The notes below the pieces were generated by a model that had not been told where the DNA came from, did no database searches, and saw nothing but the letters and a program-made list of their open reading frames with translations. This document shows positions 59,124 to 64,000 of a stretch of 64,000 nucleotides of DNA, piece after piece. Every line of letters begins with the position of its first letter. The stretch's first letter is position 1. The stretch is taken from NCBI GenBank assembly GCA_951406725.2, contig OX597818.1, positions 55,242,001-55,306,000 on the forward strand, written 5' to 3'. Origin of the DNA: Octopus vulgaris (lineage: Eukaryota). The position numbers were made by a program, and so were the translations under genes.

Positions 59124-59570
59124 CGGTGAGCTGGCAGAGACGTTAGCACGCTTGGGAAAATGTTTAGTAGTATTTCGTTTCTCTTTTATGTTCTGGGTTC
59201 AAATTCCGCTGAGGTTGACTTTGCCTTTCATCTTTTCAGGGTTGATGAAATAAGTTACCAGTTTACACACTGGAGTCAAAGTTATCGATTTAATCCATTT
59301 CTCCTTGTTTGTCCCCTCTATGTTTAGCCCCCTGTGGGCAATAAAGAAATAAATATGTATGTGTAAGGTGGCAAGCTAGCAAAAATGTTAGCATGTCAGG
59401 CGAAATGCTTAGTTGTATTTCACCTACCATTATGTTCTGAGTTCAAATTCTGCCAAGGTTGACTTTGCCTTTCATCTTTTGAGATCGATAAATTAAGTAC
59501 CAGTTAGGTACTAATCGACTGCCCCCCCCCTCCCCCAAAATTTCGGGCCTTGTGCCTAGAGTAGAAAATA
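59124..59570 (+). mobile_element. Two SINE B copies (tail 1, then tail 2)
   Basis: Heads at about 59124 and 59365; CpG-decayed. Confidence 0.88.
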
Positions 59571-60239
59571 ATATATATGCGTGTTTATTTATGTATATAT
59601 GGGTCAAAACAGTTTGATTTAAATTTCCAGTGGCTGAGGATTATCATTACACCTTGAAACTCAGAGTACCAAGGAACTTGAATCAAAACTATTTAAACCT
59701 ATACATGTAACTCCCAATAAATGTGTTGAGTGCCCTTCTTTCATTTCTCCACTCGCACATATATATGTATACATATATATTGTAGATATATATTCATACA
59801 GTATGTAAGATATAGCATAAAATATCCCATATGATTTCATACTGATATCCAAATGAATAATTAACCTGGATACATCTTAATCCAAATAATTACATTAATC
59901 TCACTCTATCCTAATAGACCTGACAAAACACCTCCATTTACCTGTTTTCCTTTAATTGTTTTCACCTGAGTGGTATCCTTGAAGAATTAAATGCCAATGT
60001 TTTCTTATTACTTTAAGAAATTTTCTGATTTTTTTTTTCTACTTATTTTGCATCTACTTAGAGATTCCATTCTCCCAAGAATAATTCCTTAACGTCATAA
60101 AAATCGATGCATTTTTGCACATGTGGTGTTGGTTACCAAGGTTCTAGATCAAAGTTGTGACCATTCTTTCTTTTTGTCTTTCTTTCAGAGATAGTATTTC
60201 TATAACATTTGTTTCATGTGTCCTTTGTTTTTTTCTGAG

Positions 60240-60480
60240 ATAGCCATGTGATATGAGGGAGATTTAACTACTTTTTCTAGCAAAAACAGCAACCACATTG
60301 AATATGAGGAACCTTTGATCACACACTGTGGTTGTTGTACAAATGTATCCATAACAACATCTATCTCTTATTCCCACATGTCCTTTGTTTTTGCAATGTT
60401 AATAATGTGATTTGAGGGAGATTTAGCTACAGTTTCTAGCAAATAGAGCAATCACATGGAGTATGAGGATCCCTTGGTTG
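60240..60480 (+). repeat. Old dispersed repeat (GTGATTTGAGGGAGATTTAGCT...TTTCTAGC), two copies
   Basis: Related fragments near 14830, 17710, 27690, 51720 and 53255. Confidence 0.6.
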
Positions 60481-61129
60481 CTCAGGGTTGTTGTTACTTC
60501 CAGCTTGGTCCTGTGGATGTGTGTCTATCTTTGTCTTTTAATCTCTATGTACCTTGTTGATGGCTTCACGTGTGTGTATATATGTGTATATTTTGTTTTG
60601 GTTATGCGTATATGTGGCTGTGTGTGTGCGTGTGTGTGTGTGTAACCATCACCTAAAAACAACAGCACTCTTATCTAAGCTGCTGTTCTACTGACCCCTA
60701 TAAATTTGTTCCCTGTCTCTCAAACTTACCCCTCCTGCTCTCTCCCCCACCTCCACCCACAGCCTTATTCTTCACTCCTTACCTCCCCAGCCACCTCCCC
60801 ACACACCCCATTTAAAAACCTTTCACAAAACTCTTAAAGAGCAAACAGTTTAATGGTCAACTCCTCCTCCTCCTCCTCCTCCCCCTCTCTCTTGTCACCC
60901 GCCACCTCCACCACTACCACCACCTCATCACGCCCACCCACCCACCCACTCACAAAATGTCATGTGTGAAGGTCATGTGATATTTTTTTTCCTTGTAATA
61001 ACTTTAAGGGAGAGATCTTTTACTCTTCTTCTGCTGTGGCTTTGGTCAAACCAACCATCTTTACCGCTGCCGCCGCCATCACCACCATCACCACCATTAT
61101 CATAACCATCGGCACCCTCACCATCCCCC

Positions 61130-61160
<31 letters not shown>

Positions 61161-61729
61161 CTACTTTCACCTCCACCATCATCTCTATACAAGCATTCTG
61201 TGTGTGTGTGTGTGTGCATAAGCCTGCAAAATACACATACACGTGGCCCCCTCTCCTTGTGTATACACACACACATACACACACACACAGAGAAGCACAT
61301 AATATGTATGGATATTGTGTGTGTGTAATTATTTTTGCTTCACATTTGCATTCCTTGCTGGCACAGATTGGACAGGTCAACTACATCTCACTTGTTCTGT
61401 CCCATTTTTTGGCATGACTTCTCTGCCAGAGGCTCTCTTTCTACCACCTCTTTCTACCACGTATAGTACACACACACACACACACAACTTATATCATTGG
61501 GTTGGCCTCCTTTTCTATCCCTGCTGGCATGGGGGTTGGACAGGTTATCACAATCCCAAGTCTTTACTTGGAGCAGAAGCCTTCTTAAATCACTGGATGA
61601 TGACGGCTTGCTACTGCAATGTTCCATTTTGCTTTATTTGTACATCCCCCTCTCTGTCCCCCATTTCTCTCTCTCTCTCTCTCCCTATATATACATATAT
61701 AGGGAGAGAGAGAGAGAGAGAGAAATGGT

Positions 61730-61776
<47 letters not shown>

Positions 61777-63164
61777 CAGTGTACTTTTAAACTTTTAAAT
61801 ACATAAGAGATGACCATAATAGGACCATAGTAGGACATCTGACTCACTAGAAAGAGCAGTTAAACTCCAAACCACTAATAGTTGTAATTCTGAAAGGGAA
61901 TGAAAAATAAAAATGTTTGCCCTTTATATATATAAGTATACATTTTTCTAAATCTTGTACGACCCTATTTCTTTCACGCTTATTCGTTCATTTTACTCAT
62001 CGAATTTTCGTTTCCCCTCTCTCACAATTCTTTGCCTTCTCTTCTTACTCACTTTCTCTCCACTTTTCACTTCACTGTGTACCTCTAGCTTTTTCTCGCC
62101 CCTCCGTAATTCTACTGTCCCTCTGCTTCTACTTCTCTCTCTTCTCTTCCCACGTGACCTGTGTTTGGCCAAGCCTGCTCTTTCTTTCTTGGTCTGGTCG
62201 TTGTCTGTGCACCATCGATATTCCTCCCTGTGTTTGTAAAATCTTCTCTGCCCTAAAGCTTCATTTCCACACATGCCAGCTTAATTTAATTTGTCCTTAG
62301 TCAAAAGACACCTGTTGTATGTCCTGTTATTTTTATTGTATTTGTGTAACATCCGGTTTTTTTTCCGTCCTTGTTTTTATATACATTTGCTGCTTTCTAA
62401 TGCTCTTAGCTTAGTTTTTCCTTGGGGCTGGCCAGATTGGAGCAATCTCAAGTATAATCAGCCAAAATTGCAAAGATAATCTGGTACTTGACTGAGGAAA
62501 GAAAACTTCAATTGACCTGTTCTTGTTTTCTTTGTATCATCTATCTATCTGGATGTTCTGTTGTCCCATTTTTGTATCACCAAACTGTCCAGATGTTTTG
62601 CGTTCTTGTCCCATTTTGTTCACACACACACAAACACACACACGCACACATTTCTTATATTTGTTTCAATCATTGTATTGTGCCCATGTTGGGGCACCAC
62701 CTTGAATTTTTGTTCAATGGATCAAACCCAGGACTTATTTTCTCTTTTGAGTCTGGTACTTAATTCTATCAATCTCTTTTGCCAAACTGCTACATTACTG
62801 GAATATAAACACAGACACAAACACACATACACAGATATATACATATATGTATTTATATGTATATATAGTAAATAAAAAAAAAAATGAAGAACAAACACAA
62901 GAAGAAAAAAAACAACACAAGGACGTGGTACATGCAAAATATTAGCAGCCACTCAGGGAAGGAAAGAAAGTTAGTTTTACATTTTGAGTAAAAGCTCTTC
63001 GTCATAAACTAGATAGAGGAAAGTCCAAGAGAAAAAGAAGACGGAGGAGAAAAAATCATCAATGAGCCACATATATATGTAGGTCCCGGGTTGAGTTGGG
63101 GTAAACCACAGTAAATAAGGTACTCAATACATAGCAGAGTAAAATAAAATAAAATATATATATA

Positions 63165-63320
63165 TATGATGGACTTCTTTCAGTTTCCGTCTGTCAAATC
63201 CATTCAGAAGGCTTTGGTCAACCTGAGGCTATATTAGAAGACACTTGCCTAAGGTGCCACGCAGTGGGACTGAACCTGGCACCATGTGGTTGGGAAACAA
63301 ACTTCTTACCATGCAGTCAA
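63165..63320 (-). mobile_element. SINE family A 5' half (3' half at about 62660-62830)
   Basis: Reverse match; the halves are separated by inserted sequence that includes a decayed Penelope-like remnant. Confidence 0.8.
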
Positions 63321-63911
63321 TCCATGCATATAATAAAATTAGATGAGATGGGTTCCAGCTGATAGTGGTTCAAACCATGCTTATCTCACTAGTGCCACCT
63401 GGTTAATATATATATGTATATATATGTTACACCTGAATACATTAATTAACTGTCATCTGTTTAGTGAAAGAGATGTTTAGAGAAGCATAGTCCGCAGTAC
63501 AGGTGGTTGATTTGTTAAGAATTCTTCGAAGTAATCTGCCAAAAGTTCAAGAAGATATATTATTTTGTGTCTGTGAGTTGTTAGGAAGATGTTGCTGGAT
63601 GCTGTTAAATAGATGATTTTGAGGCAAAACAGTTGCAGAGCAAACTTTATATTTCGTAAGATGTCAAAGTACAGTGAGGATCCAACGCAGAAAGATTTTT
63701 AACCCTTTAGTATTTAAGCTGATTGTGTCTGGACAAAATATTCTCTTAACTGCTTCATGTTGAGTCTGGCCAAGTCTGACCCCTTGCACCTACCTACAAT
63801 GTCAATCTAAAAAGGAACAACCATATAGGCGTCAGCTTGGCTGTGTGGGTGTGTGGAGCCTTGTGAGCGGATTTGGTAGACGGAAACTGAAAGAAGCCCG
63901 TCATATATATA

Positions 63912-64000
63912 TAGGCACAGGTGTGGCTAGGTGGTAAGAAGCTTGCTTCTCAACAACATGGATCTGGGTTCAATCCCACTGTGTGACACCTTGGGCTAGT
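63912..64000 (+). mobile_element. SINE family A head, cut by the window end
   Basis: AGGCACAGGTGTGGCTAGGTGGTAAG...GGGTTCAATCCCACTG. Confidence 0.85.

Noticed and set aside
60165-60300. Strong acceptor TTTCTTTCAG as exon 2
   Set aside because: It is followed by T-rich sequence and an old dispersed repeat, with no coding-like exon or clear donor.

Overview
AT-rich, microsatellite-saturated animal genomic DNA. The SINE repertoire and repeat landscape point to an Octopus (coleoid cephalopod) genome; this is an inference. Almost all long ORFs in the track are translations of (TA)n/(CA)n/(TACA)n/(TCTA)n repeats. The only plausible host-gene feature is a promoter-like region (about 8.9-10.6 kb) followed by a putative first coding exon (ATG 11839, donor AG|GTAAGC at 11998/11999, phase 1); the rest looks like one large intron. 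Mobile DNA includes three tRNA-derived SINE families, hAT and Tigger MITEs, non-autonomous Helitrons, two tandem Dong/R4 LINE 3' ends in (TAA)n, a CR1-type LINE 3' end and a long-TIR foldback element. The most notable signal is about a dozen short hammerhead-ribozyme-like motifs (CUGANGA...GAAA...NUH), four with intact cores. They belong to several unrelated sequence families, mostly lie in or beside (TA)n tracts, and are often fused to an inverted copy of themselves, which is the architecture of Penelope-like element pseudo-LTR remnants. Several carry a recurrent non-canonical C at core position 4. All alignments and folds were done by eye.
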